From an uncultured Aquiluna sp. (lineage in GTDB: Bacteria > Actinomycetota > Actinomycetes > Actinomycetales > Microbacteriaceae), in NCBI GenBank assembly GCA_964560155.1, contig CAZLKR010000002.1, forward strand, positions 18,811 through 82,810: a stretch of DNA of 64,000 bases. The letters are read 5' to 3'. Shown here piece after piece: positions 1 through 10,180 of this stretch. How positions within the stretch are numbered: position 1 is the stretch's first letter; the number at the start of each line of letters is the position of its first letter. The notes beneath the pieces are model-generated. The model saw only the letters and a program-made list of their open reading frames with translations, had not been told where the DNA came from and searched no databases. The translations under genes and the position numbers were made by a program.

Positions 1-2
1 AA

Positions 3-302
3 GAGGCGGTATCGGGCGCAGAGGTGTTCCCGCTTTACGAGTTCGAGCCTGAGGCTGACAAGGTGCTGGATGCACTATTGCCGGTCTACATCGAGAACCG
101 CATCTACAACGTGATGCTGCAGTCCGCTGCCGCAGAGCACGCTGCTCGCCAGAAGGCAATGAAGAGCGCGACCGACAACGCAGACAAGTTGATCTTGAAC
201 TACACCCGCTTGGCAAACGCAGCCCGCCAGGCAGAAATTACCCAGCAGATTTCGGAAATCGTTGGTGGAGCAGACGCTCTGCAGACGGTTGACGAGGACT
301 AA
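3..302 (+). CDS. atpG: ATP synthase F1 gamma subunit, C-terminal part (5' truncated by window)
   Basis: YEFEP...[18 protein letters not shown]...[16 protein letters not shown] gamma C-terminal signature; frame open from window start; precedes atpD. Confidence 0.97.
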   Translation, partial: EAVSGAEVFPLYEFEPEADKVLDALLPVYIENRIYNVMLQSAAAEHAARQKAMKSATDNADKLILNYTRLANAARQAEITQQISEIVGGADALQTVDED

Positions 303-1753
<1,451 letters not shown>

Positions 1754-1754
<1 letters not shown>

Positions 1755-2023
1755 TGGCAAGAGAACTCAACGTAGACCTAGTCGCAGCAGATCGTAAGAT
1801 CTGGTCCGGCACTGCAACCATGGTGGTCGCCAAGACCGCCGAGGGTGAAATTGGTCTACTCGCAGGTCACGAGCCAATGCTTGCCATCATGGCCGCAGGT
1901 CAGATTCGCATCACCCTTGCCGAAGGCAAGCCGGTGATTGCCGAGACCACCCAGGGTGGCTTCTTGTCTATCGAGTCCGACACTGTCACCTTGGTGGTCA
2001 GGGACGCAACCCTGATTAGCTAA
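1754..2023 (+). CDS. atpC: ATP synthase F1 epsilon subunit (short, N-terminal beta-sandwich only)
   Basis: LVAADRKIWSG...GEIGLLAGHEP...GGFLSI; GTG start overlaps atpD stop. Confidence 0.95.
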
Positions 2024-2757
2024 TGCTTATTCTGCTGCCGCCGTCGGAAACTAAACGTTCCGGCGGCGTTGGCATTTCTATCGACAAAGCGGCCATCATT
2101 TGGGCTGCGCTAGACCCAGCCAGAGACGTGCTCCTCAAGAAGCTTGCAACGCTTGCAAAATCTAAATCCAAGGCCACCAAAGCCCTAAAGCTCGGCAAGA
2201 GTGCCGATGCCGAGATTGCCAGCCTCAGAGAGCTTCAGACCGCGCCAACCATGCCTGCTATCGAGCGCTACGCCGGCACGCTCTACGATGCACTGGGCTA
2301 TCAAACGCTGACCCCTGCGGCCAAAGAGCGTGTCAAGGAGAAGCTGTTTATTCAGTCGGCTCTGTTTGGACTCTTGCCGGCAACCGAGCACATTCCCTAC
2401 TACCGCTTCTCAGCATCGAGCATCCTGCCCGGCGTTGATCTAAAGAAGCACTGGACCAAGGCTCACGTGGCAGTCTGGCCAAGAATGGTTGGGCCAATTC
2501 TGGACCTGCGCTCCAAGAGCTATGCAGCCCTAAATCCGATTCCAGACCGTGAGCACTACACGGTTGAGGTTTTGGATGAGACTTCAGGTAAAGCGCTGAA
2601 CCACTTCAATAAGAAAGCCAAGGGCGCTTTTGCGAGAGCGGCACTCGAGCATGGCCTTGAGAGTATCGACCAGGTCCCGCAAATAGCAAAACTGGCAGGC
2701 CTTTCGGCCCGCCAGTCTGGCAATGTGGTTGAACTTATCGTTCCAAGCGGTTTCTAG
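2023..2757 (+). CDS. yaaA: YaaA/DUF328 family peroxide-stress protein
   Basis: MLILLPPSETK start, PAIERYAGTLY, SALFGLL...IPYYR, HFNKKAKG family motifs; TAATG overlap with atpC. Confidence 0.85.
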   Translation: MLILLPPSETKRSGGVGISIDKAAIIWAALDPARDVLLKKLATLAKSKSKATKALKLGKSADAEIASLRELQTAPTMPAIERYAGTLYDALGYQTLTPAAKERVKEKLFIQSALFGLLPATEHIPYYRFSASSILPGVDLKKHWTKAHVAVWPRMVGPILDLRSKSYAALNPIPDREHYTVEVLDETSGKALNHFNKKAKGAFARAALEHGLESIDQVPQIAKLAGLSARQSGNVVELIVPSGF

Positions 2758-4079
2758 CCGTCTTTGGTGGTTACGCCAGGCTCGATCGCTGGAGCAACCT
2801 CTTCATACTTTGGAAGTTCGATTACGCCTTCCTCGAGGCTAACAATCGAGTCAAACCAGCCCTGGTCGTTATAGAGCAGGTGACCTGGCACCAGCCAGAA
2901 GCCTCCGGCGGCATCCCAAACTCCCAACATGGCAGCGGTTGACTTGTTGATCCTCAGGTCAACAACCTTTGGAGCTGGGTTCTCCTCAGGAGCCCCGGAT
3001 TCCGCAGGTGCTGGTTCGACAGCAGTGTCACTGCCAACCACTGGATCAACTGCTACGCGAGAAGAGATAGCGGTGTTGTTGTAGAAGCTCGATGGTGCTG
3101 ATCCATACCAGCGACCCTCTTTGATGCGCGAAACTGCATCATTGGCAGAAACGGTCTTGAACTCGCCACGGTCAACCAGCTTGAAAGAGTGCCCAGAAGC
3201 ATTGGCTAGGTTTCCCCAAGCATCCCAACCTACCGAGACGCTCACTGGAAGTGCTTGCCCATTGAGCGTCAGATCTGCATAAGCCGACCCACCCCACTCG
3301 CTGCGGTCAACCCTGAAATCCGAAGCCTTGATGTCGGTACCAAGTCTGGAGAACAGTTTGGCCGCGTAGTCGGCCATCTCCTTCTCGCTTGGCACTAATT
3401 CAGGCTGAGGCTTTGGTTGCTCACAAACCTGAGCATCCTTCTGCTCGCCAGTTCCTTCGCTAGGCACTGTGGTACAGGCCCAAAGGGTTGGATCCCAGCT
3501 TGAGAAGTACCAGGCACCGGTTCCGGCCCAGTAAACATTTAGGTATGACTCGACACCTGATTCGGACTTGGTCTGGACAGTGTAGCTTGGAGCAGCCTCA
3601 GTGGACCATTCATCCTTTTTAATTTCGCCCTCGACCTTGAATTCCTTCATTAGTTTCGCAATGAGATCTTCAGCTGTTCCCACCAGTTCGGCCTGGTAGA
3701 CATGGCCCCTACCGGTGTCATTGCTTAGCCCGTCCGCAATGTAGTTGTACTGGACGTATCCAGGCCAGATCATGCCAACCTTGGCGTCTGCGGTAGTGGA
3801 AGACTCCATTGAGGACATGGCTGCACCGCCCTGAGCAGCCATGCCCATGGTGAATAGCGGCTGCGGTGCGAAAGCGCTTGGAAGTACGAACGCTCCAACA
3901 AGGGCTAAGGAGCCAAATGCCAAAGATCCAAGACCTAGGCGCAGTTGGTTGAAACCAAAGACTCGCTTCGGCTTGGCCTTAGCGGCCTGCGCGACCAGGT
4001 AGTCGGGAAGCTCAATGGTCTCGGGGGAGACCGAGGCGGAGATGCGGTTTCTAAGTTCTTCGTTTTCGTTCATGTTCAT
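2754..4079 (-). CDS. Single-pass membrane protein with large extracytoplasmic domain; putative anti-sigma factor or ECF partner
   Basis: Short N-terminal cytoplasmic segment, hydrophobic helix LGLGSLAFGSLALVGAFVL, about 370 aa external part; directly downstream of ECF sigma. Confidence 0.6.
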   Translation of the reverse strand: MNMNENEELRNRISASVSPETIELPDYLVAQAAKAKPKRVFGFNQLRLGLGSLAFGSLALVGAFVLPSAFAPQPLFTMGMAAQGGAAMSSMESSTTADAKVGMIWPGYVQYNYIADGLSNDTGRGHVYQAELVGTAEDLIAKLMKEFKVEGEIKKDEWSTEAAPSYTVQTKSESGVESYLNVYWAGTGAWYFSSWDPTLWACTTVPSEGTGEQKDAQVCEQPKPQPELVPSEKEMADYAAKLFSRLGTDIKASDFRVDRSEWGGSAYADLTLNGQALPVSVSVGWDAWGNLANASGHSFKLVDRGEFKTVSANDAVSRIKEGRWYGSAPSSFYNNTAISSRVAVDPVVGSDTAVEPAPAESGAPEENPAPKVVDLRINKSTAAMLGVWDAAGGFWLVPGHLLYNDQGWFDSIVSLEEGVIELPKYEEVAPAIEPGVTTKDG

Positions 4080-4095
4080 GATGTGTAGTAAACCT

Positions 4096-4578
4096 CTAGT
4101 TATTTTCAGAATTGAGAAGAGTGGTCAGTTTTGACTTTGCTCGAGAAAGTGCGATGGCGCAGGCGTTTTCGCTTTTCTCCAGGGCGATCGCTAGCTGCTT
4201 GGGTTCTAGACCCTCAAATGCCCAAAGTGACAAGATTTCCTGCTCCTTGGCATTCAATGCTTTCCAGGCCTCGGCCAGCTCTAGGTCAGCAAGTGCTATC
4301 GACTCCGCACTCGGTGCCGACTGTGGTTCTTGCAATCCAGCCAGGATGGTTGCCCGTCCCTGCTGCTTGCGATTGTGGTTAGAGATCAGGTAGCGAGCAG
4401 ATTTGTATAGCCAGGGAAGTTCTAGGCCCTCAGGGATGCTGGCACGCTTGTCCCAGGCCAGAGCGAATAGATCTGCCGCTAGATCCTCAACATCCTCAGC
4501 CTTGGTTCGGCGAGCTATGAACCTTGAGGCTTCCGCCAGGTGTGCCCTAAAGATGTCGTTGAATTCTTGCTCAGTCAT
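4096..4578 (-). CDS. ECF-family RNA polymerase sigma factor
   Basis: Region 2 (EDLAADLFALAW, PWLYKSAR) and region 4 (EILSLWAFEGL, LSRAKSKL); start moved to ATG 4578 after SD AGGAGAG. Confidence 0.9.
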   Translation of the reverse strand: MTEQEFNDIFRAHLAEASRFIARRTKAEDVEDLAADLFALAWDKRASIPEGLELPWLYKSARYLISNHNRKQQGRATILAGLQEPQSAPSAESIALADLELAEAWKALNAKEQEILSLWAFEGLEPKQLAIALEKSENACAIALSRAKSKLTTLLNSENN

Positions 4579-4619
4579 TTCTCTCCTAAATAGCCAATGT
4601 AATGGCGAAGTGGAAATTT

Positions 4620-5186
4620 TCAGGTTCTTCGAAAACAACCTGGAGCGTGGTCTTGCACTAAACCCGAGGATTGCATCAGCGCATACATGGTGGTTGGTCC
4701 CACAAAGCTAAACCCCAGCTTGCGAAGAGTCTTGCTTAGTTCAATTGATTCTGGGCTGGTGGCAAGCCACTGAAAGTCTTTCGCAGGACTTTGGCGCACC
4801 TTTGGAGCGTGCGACCAGATCAGCTCGGTCAGGTCAAGATCCTTATCCAGCACGATGTTGGCATTGTTTATCGAAGAAATGATTTTCGCTCGATTTCGAA
4901 TGATTTCGGGGTTGAGCATCAAGTCTTCGATTTTGTTGGCATCGAAGCGAGCAACCTTTTCAATCTCAAAATTCTCAAACGCTTTGCGAAAACCTTCGCG
5001 ACGCTTGAGGATTGTGATCCAGCTCAACCCGGCCTGAAAGCCCTCTAGGCAAATGGCTTCAAAAAGCTCTCGTTGTCCTCGGCCCTCAGAGCCCCACTCC
5101 TGATCGTGGTAGCGGATGTAGATATCGTCATCGGTCACCCATGAACATCGGGTCACACCATCTGAATGCTGACGGGTATGACTCAC
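4620..5186 (-). CDS. tag: DNA-3-methyladenine glycosylase I
   Basis: RCSW, YHDQEWG, LEGFQAGLSW, IIRNRAKI, FVGPTT, DH..GC zinc motifs. Confidence 0.95.
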   Translation of the reverse strand: MSHTRQHSDGVTRCSWVTDDDIYIRYHDQEWGSEGRGQRELFEAICLEGFQAGLSWITILKRREGFRKAFENFEIEKVARFDANKIEDLMLNPEIIRNRAKIISSINNANIVLDKDLDLTELIWSHAPKVRQSPAKDFQWLATSPESIELSKTLRKLGFSFVGPTTMYALMQSSGLVQDHAPGCFRRT

Positions 5187-5683
5187 TCGGCAAACTCGAT
5201 CTTCTCAAGCCCGAGTAGCTTGCGCTTGGTTGGAATGCCATCGCCACCTGAGTAGCCAGTGATCTTGCCACCGGTGCCCATAACCCTGTGGCAGGGCACA
5301 ATTAGCGGAATCGGGTTGGCCCCAACCGCTGCTCCAACTGCCCTAGAAGCTTTGGGTTTTCCAATTCGACCGGCAATTTCGCCATAGGTCAGGGTTTCGC
5401 CAAATTTGATCTTCGAAATTTCTTTCCAGACGGCTCTCTGAAACTCAGTACCGCTGAGGTCTAGCTTTCCTGCGTAGTCGGCCTTAGCTCCCAGAAAGTA
5501 ATCCTTCAGCCAGGCAGCAGCCTTATCCACTTGGGCTTCAGCTAACTTGCTGCTGGTGAAATCAATGCGCTTGGTGTTGCCTTCAAGAAATGACAGTTCC
5601 ACCAACGCCTCATCGCTTGCGGAAAGTGCCAGTCGTCCAACTGGGGTGTCAATTACCTTGGTGCAACCTACTTCGATATCCAT
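5183..5683 (-). CDS. ogt: Methylated-DNA--protein-cysteine methyltransferase
   Basis: GTEFQRAVW, RAVGAA, active-site PCHRV; start moved to ATG 5683, 6 nt after CATACT. Confidence 0.93.
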   Translation of the reverse strand: MDIEVGCTKVIDTPVGRLALSASDEALVELSFLEGNTKRIDFTSSKLAEAQVDKAAAWLKDYFLGAKADYAGKLDLSGTEFQRAVWKEISKIKFGETLTYGEIAGRIGKPKASRAVGAAVGANPIPLIVPCHRVMGTGGKITGYSGGDGIPTKRKLLGLEKIEFAE

Positions 5684-5732
5684 GCCACAAGTATGCCGAA
5701 AACCTTCGGGGCCAAATCGCCGTGACAAGAAA

Positions 5733-5753
5733 TGTGGAAAAGACTTATCCACA
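5733..5753. promoter_or_regulatory. Inverted pair of DnaA-box-like 9-mers
   Basis: TGTGGAAAA-gac-TTATCCACA; both fit TTWTNCACA, opposite orientation, 3-bp spacer, in a divergent intergenic region. Confidence 0.6.
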
Positions 5754-5803
5754 GAATTTTGCTTGCCGATTACCAGCGAGTCCAGATGGTGCAGATTGGC
5801 GGC

Positions 5804-6625
5804 ATGAAGAAAATCAATACCTCTTGGCTCACCTCACTGCTGGGAAGTGCTTCAAGACAATTGGCAGTCGATTCCCCTGCGGAAGTTCGGCCAGTAAGAG
5901 GCTTGGGCAACTCCTTGGGGTTTGATCGCAACGGCAATGAAGTTGAGAATCCGCTTATCCCGCTGCGCTGGCATTGTCTGGTGCTGGGAGCAACGGGTAC
6001 CGGCAAAACCACTTTGATCCGAGAGCTTGTGCGCAACATCAGTTGTCAGTTGATTTGGGCCGAATCGGAAAGCGCAGACCTAGCACCTTTGCAGCGCCTG
6101 ATTAGCAATCAAGAGCGGTTCGAGTTTCCCGCACTGTTGGTGGTTGACGATGTTCATCTTTTTGCCGAGCACTTAGAACTAATCGAGCTGGTTGCCAGGG
6201 ATGGCCTCAAGGCAAATGTGTTCTTAGTTGTCACGGCACAGCAGCTTTCGGATCTGCCGCAGGCAGTCTGGCGTAACTGCCAGGTCAAGTTTGCACTCGG
6301 ACAGGATGCCTCGGAAGAACTGAACCTACGAGTGGATAACTTGAGATGCTTCGAGGCCGTCTTTAGCTGGCCCCAAAGAACGGGTGCGCTGGAACCTCTC
6401 AAATCCAGACAGGTGATTGAGTTGAACTACACGCCTGCAGGCAATCCGCTTATACGAAGCGCTTCCACGCCTCAGTCAGCACCTTACGAAGAATCTGCTC
6501 AAGCTCGTCAAACTCCTTTGGACCAATGGTCAAAGGAGGGGCCAGCTGAACCACAGGGTCTCCACGATCGTCAGCTCGGCAGTACAAACCAGCCTCGTAG
6601 AACGCGCTATTCAAGAACCCTCTAA
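5804..6625 (+). CDS. Small divergent FtsK/HerA-like P-loop NTPase, possibly degenerate
   Basis: HCLVLGATGTGKTT Walker A, LLVVDD Walker B, VFLVVTAQQ; alignable by eye to the in-window FtsK motor; start uncertain; 3' end overlaps a convergent gene by 176 bp. Confidence 0.6.
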   Translation: MKKINTSWLTSLLGSASRQLAVDSPAEVRPVRGLGNSLGFDRNGNEVENPLIPLRWHCLVLGATGTGKTTLIRELVRNISCQLIWAESESADLAPLQRLISNQERFEFPALLVVDDVHLFAEHLELIELVARDGLKANVFLVVTAQQLSDLPQAVWRNCQVKFALGQDASEELNLRVDNLRCFEAVFSWPQRTGALEPLKSRQVIELNYTPAGNPLIRSASTPQSAPYEESAQARQTPLDQWSKEGPAEPQGLHDRQLGSTNQPRRTRYSRTL

Positions 6626-7937
6626 GCAGCTTCTCTGACTCTTCTTTAGTGAAGGTCTCGCGAGTTGACTGGTTCTTCACAAGCTCAATTGCAAAGAAGT
6701 AACCGTCTCCACGAACATCGCCAACGATTGGCAGGTCGTATAGCTTCTCTAGGGTCTTGCGGAAGATTGGTGAATTGGTTCTAACGTTGTCCACCAACCT
6801 CTCGCGGTCGTAGATGTCTAGGTTCGCAAGCGCTACCGCACAAGCAACCGGGTGAGCGGCAAAGGTGTAGCCATGCGGGAAGATGGTGGTTCCCTCGGTG
6901 AACGGCTCGAAGTACTTTTCCTTTAGGAATAGAGCACCCAGTGGCTGAGTTCCCGAGGTAATTGCCTTTGCGGTGATCATCATGTCTGGCTCGATGCCGT
7001 AGCGCTCGCAAGCGAACATTTCACCCGAGCGGCCGTAGCCAGTAATGGTCTCATCGGCAACGAAAATCACATCGTACTTATCGCAGATCTCACGAACGCG
7101 CTTGAAGTAGCTTGGGTGCGCGGTGAAGCAACCGCCCGAGTTCTGAATCGGCTCAACATAGAAGGCTGCAATTGTGTCTGGGCCTTCCATCAAGATTGCC
7201 TCTTCGATGCGGTTAGCTGCCCAGATGCCAAATTCTTCCTCGGATGCGAAGCGATCCTTGGCGCGATACCAGTTGGTGTTTGGAACGCGAATGGTCGAAG
7301 GCACTAGCGGTTCGAACATGGCCTTCATGGCAGCGATACCGGTTATCGAAAGTGCTCCGTGGCTGGTGCCGTGGTAGGCGGTCATGCGAGAGATGACCTT
7401 GGTCTTAGTTGGCTTGCCCTTTAGCTTGTAGTACTGCTTGGCAATCTTCCAGGCGGTCTCAACCGCTTCACCACCACCGGTGGTGAAGAAGATACGGTTT
7501 AGGTCTTTTGGTGCATAGCTGAGCAAGCGCTCGGCAAGTTCAATGGCACGAGGGTGGGCGTATGCCCACAGCGGCATGAAGTCCAGCTCCATCATCTGCT
7601 TGGAAGCTGCATCGGCCAATTCTTGGTGGCCGTGACCGGCGTTGACGGCAAACAAACCACTCAGACCGTCAATTACCTTGTTGCCCTTGGAGTCCCAGAG
7701 GTAGTGACCCTCACCCCTGGTGATGATGGTCATGTCCTTGGTCTGGTAGGGGGAGTGGCGTGTGAAGTGCATCCACAGGTGATCCTTGGCACTGCGCTGC
7801 AGTTCTTTATCGCCGTAGCTCTCACCTGCCTGCATTGCCTCAAAGAGCTTGAGGTCCTTGCGCGCGCTTGAGTCTGACTTCTTAGATTTCTTCTTGCCGA
7901 TTAGGCCAAGTAGGCCTTTTGACTTCTTCGGTGCCAT
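6450..7937 (-). CDS. Class III PLP aminotransferase (putrescine/polyamine:pyruvate type)
   Basis: DHLWMHF, DGLSGLF, GGEAVETAWK, ADETITGYGRSG, PDMMITAK; next to Lrp, patD and pot genes. Confidence 0.85.
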   Translation of the reverse strand: MAPKKSKGLLGLIGKKKSKKSDSSARKDLKLFEAMQAGESYGDKELQRSAKDHLWMHFTRHSPYQTKDMTIITRGEGHYLWDSKGNKVIDGLSGLFAVNAGHGHQELADAASKQMMELDFMPLWAYAHPRAIELAERLLSYAPKDLNRIFFTTGGGEAVETAWKIAKQYYKLKGKPTKTKVISRMTAYHGTSHGALSITGIAAMKAMFEPLVPSTIRVPNTNWYRAKDRFASEEEFGIWAANRIEEAILMEGPDTIAAFYVEPIQNSGGCFTAHPSYFKRVREICDKYDVIFVADETITGYGRSGEMFACERYGIEPDMMITAKAITSGTQPLGALFLKEKYFEPFTEGTTIFPHGYTFAAHPVACAVALANLDIYDRERLVDNVRTNSPIFRKTLEKLYDLPIVGDVRGDGYFFAIELVKNQSTRETFTKEESEKLLRGFLNSAFYEAGLYCRADDRGDPVVQLAPPLTIGPKEFDELEQILRKVLTEAWKRFV

Positions 7938-7979
7938 TGCTATCACTCTTAACTTCGTCGTTAGTTGGCTGTAAAGATG

Positions 7980-8453
7980 TTATCTGGTTCCCCAGCTGTA
8001 GAACTGCTTGTGGAGCTTTAGGTAGACAAATGTCTCCGATGAAATCACACCTGGAAGAGCCCGAATCTTGTCATTCAGTAACTGGATCAAGTCCTCGTCG
8101 TCTTCACAAACTACCTCGGCAAGTACATCAAAGCTGCCGGCGGTGAGCACCACATAATCCACAGAGTCAAACTCGGTGAGCTGTTTGGCAACCTCAGAAG
8201 CATTTCCCATGCACTTGATGCCGATCATCGCCTGGCGACTAAAGCCAAGTTTCATCGGGTCGGTAACTGCCACCACCTGCATCACACCCGATTCGGTCAG
8301 CTTTTGAACTCGCTGGCGCACTGCTGCTTCCGAGAGTCCAACCACCTTGCCAATTTCCGAGTATGACTTGCGGCCATCCTGCTGGAGCTGCTCAATGATT
8401 TTCTTGGAGACCTCATCAAGTTGTGAGCGTCCGGTTCTTTCCATTCTTGCCAT
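7980..8453 (-). CDS. Lrp/AsnC family transcriptional regulator
   Basis: LQQDGRKSYSEIGKVVGLSEAAVRQRV HTH; C-terminal TAGSFD effector domain. Confidence 0.93.
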   Translation of the reverse strand: MARMERTGRSQLDEVSKKIIEQLQQDGRKSYSEIGKVVGLSEAAVRQRVQKLTESGVMQVVAVTDPMKLGFSRQAMIGIKCMGNASEVAKQLTEFDSVDYVVLTAGSFDVLAEVVCEDDEDLIQLLNDKIRALPGVISSETFVYLKLHKQFYSWGTR

Positions 8454-8607
8454 CCCAGAAGTATTGCTTAGTGAGGGTTAAAAGCGATGGAATTCGCAAG
8501 TAAATGCTCAAATAGTTACGATTTCAGTCGAGTTTCATAATTTGGCTATCGAAATGCCCCCTACGGGTTTAGAGTCGAGACATAACTAGCTCAATGAGGA
8601 GTTTTGC

Positions 8608-10044
8608 GTGTCAGTAAAGCAATTGAAGAACTTTGTCGGTGGCAAGCAGGTTGCCGCTTCTAGTGGCGAAGTAAGCGATGTAATCAATCCATCCACCGGG
8701 CAGGTTTACGCCCACGCACCCGTGTCAAACGAACAGGATGTTGCCGCTGCCTATGAGGTAGCTCAGAAAGCTTTTGAAGAGTGGGGTCAGACCACCCCAT
8801 CCGAGCGCCAGCTAGCGCTGTTCCGCATCGCAGATGCACTAGAGGCCCGTGCTCACGAAGCCGCCGAGATCGAGTCCGAGAACACCGGTAAGCCACTGTC
8901 CACATTGGTCGACTACGAAATCATGCCTTCTGTTGACCAGATTCGTTTCTTCGCCGGAGCTGCTAGAAACCTTGAGGGTCGATCCGCAGGGGAGTACCTG
9001 CGCGACCACACCTCGATGATTCGTCGCGAACCAATCGGTGTTATTGGCCAGGTAACTCCGTGGAACTACCCACTGAATATGGCGACTTGGAAGTTTGCGC
9101 CTGCGATTGCAGCCGGAAACACCATCGTGCTCAAGCCTTCCGACACCACCCCGGCATCCACCCTGCTGCTAGCTGAAATTGCAGCCGAGTTCTTGCCTGC
9201 AGGTGTATTCAACGTTGTCACCGGTAACCGCGACACCGGGCGCGCACTTATCGAGAACAAGATTCCTCAGATGGTTTCCATCACCGGTAGCGTTCGCGCC
9301 GGTATGGAGGTTGCCAAGAGCGCATCTTCTGATCTAAAGCGAGTGCACCTAGAACTAGGTGGCAAGGCACCTGTAATCGTGTTTGCCGATGCCGACTTCG
9401 CTAAGACCGCGGCAGGCATCGTGGCAGCCGGTTTCTTCAACGCCGGTCAGGACTGCACCGCAGCCACCAGATTGCTAGTTCAGGAGTCCGCCTACGACGA
9501 GTTCATGCCATACCTACTCGCAGAGGTGAAGGCGAGCGCCAAGGTTGGTAAGCCATCCGAGGAAGACATTTTGTTTGGCCCGGTGAACAACGCCAACCAG
9601 CTCGCTCGCGTCAAGGGCTTCATCGACCGCTTGCCAGACCACGCCAGAATCGAAGCCGGTGGAAACCAGATCGGTTCCGAGGGTTACTTCTTCGAGCCAA
9701 CCGTGCTTTCCGGCTTCAAGCAGACCGATGAGCACATCCAGGATGAGATTTTTGGACCGGTTATCACCGTCCAGAAGTTCTCCGACGATGCTCAGGCTTT
9801 GAAGTGGGCCAATGACGTTCAGTACGGTCTGGCAGCATCAGTTTGGACCACCAACCACGCTCGCGCGATGCGCTTTGCAAAGCACCTGGACTTCGGTGCG
9901 GTTTGGATCAACACCCACATTCCACTGGTTGCAGAAATGCCTCACGGTGGCTTCAAGCACTCGGGTTACGGCAAGGATTTGTCGCACTACGGCTTCGAGG
10001 ATTACACCCGAATCAAGCACGTGATGAGCTACATCGGAGACTGA
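8608..10044 (+). CDS. patD: Gamma-aminobutyraldehyde dehydrogenase
   Basis: QIRFFAGAARNLEGRSAGEY, PWNYP, LELGGKAP, NAGQDCTAA, GYGKDLSHYGFEDYTRIKHVM. Confidence 0.88.
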   Translation: MSVKQLKNFVGGKQVAASSGEVSDVINPSTGQVYAHAPVSNEQDVAAAYEVAQKAFEEWGQTTPSERQLALFRIADALEARAHEAAEIESENTGKPLSTLVDYEIMPSVDQIRFFAGAARNLEGRSAGEYLRDHTSMIRREPIGVIGQVTPWNYPLNMATWKFAPAIAAGNTIVLKPSDTTPASTLLLAEIAAEFLPAGVFNVVTGNRDTGRALIENKIPQMVSITGSVRAGMEVAKSASSDLKRVHLELGGKAPVIVFADADFAKTAAGIVAAGFFNAGQDCTAATRLLVQESAYDEFMPYLLAEVKASAKVGKPSEEDILFGPVNNANQLARVKGFIDRLPDHARIEAGGNQIGSEGYFFEPTVLSGFKQTDEHIQDEIFGPVITVQKFSDDAQALKWANDVQYGLAASVWTTNHARAMRFAKHLDFGAVWINTHIPLVAEMPHGGFKHSGYGKDLSHYGFEDYTRIKHVMSYIGD

Positions 10045-10180
10045 GGGTAAAAATTCTCTTTCGGGGTCCTAAAAGTTAACTTTTTGTGACAAACTTGGCT
10101 TGCTTCGGAATCCCGGTAGCACTGTTCATGTTGGTCGATACACGCCACTGGATTCAAACCGGTGGATTTAGGAGATTGCA

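Noticed and set aside
5696-5709. CCGAA-AACC-TTCGG next to the ogt -10 as an SOS box
   Set aside because: Spacing is 2 bp too short and the GAAC/GTTC core is missing; it may be another operator but there is no support
5733-5753. DnaA boxes as oriC
   Set aside because: Only two good boxes, no AT-rich unwinding element, and no dnaA, dnaN or rpmH nearby
5804-6625. Small ATPase as part of a defence, conjugation or type VII secretion system
   Set aside because: No nuclease, relaxase, WXG100 or other partner genes adjacent
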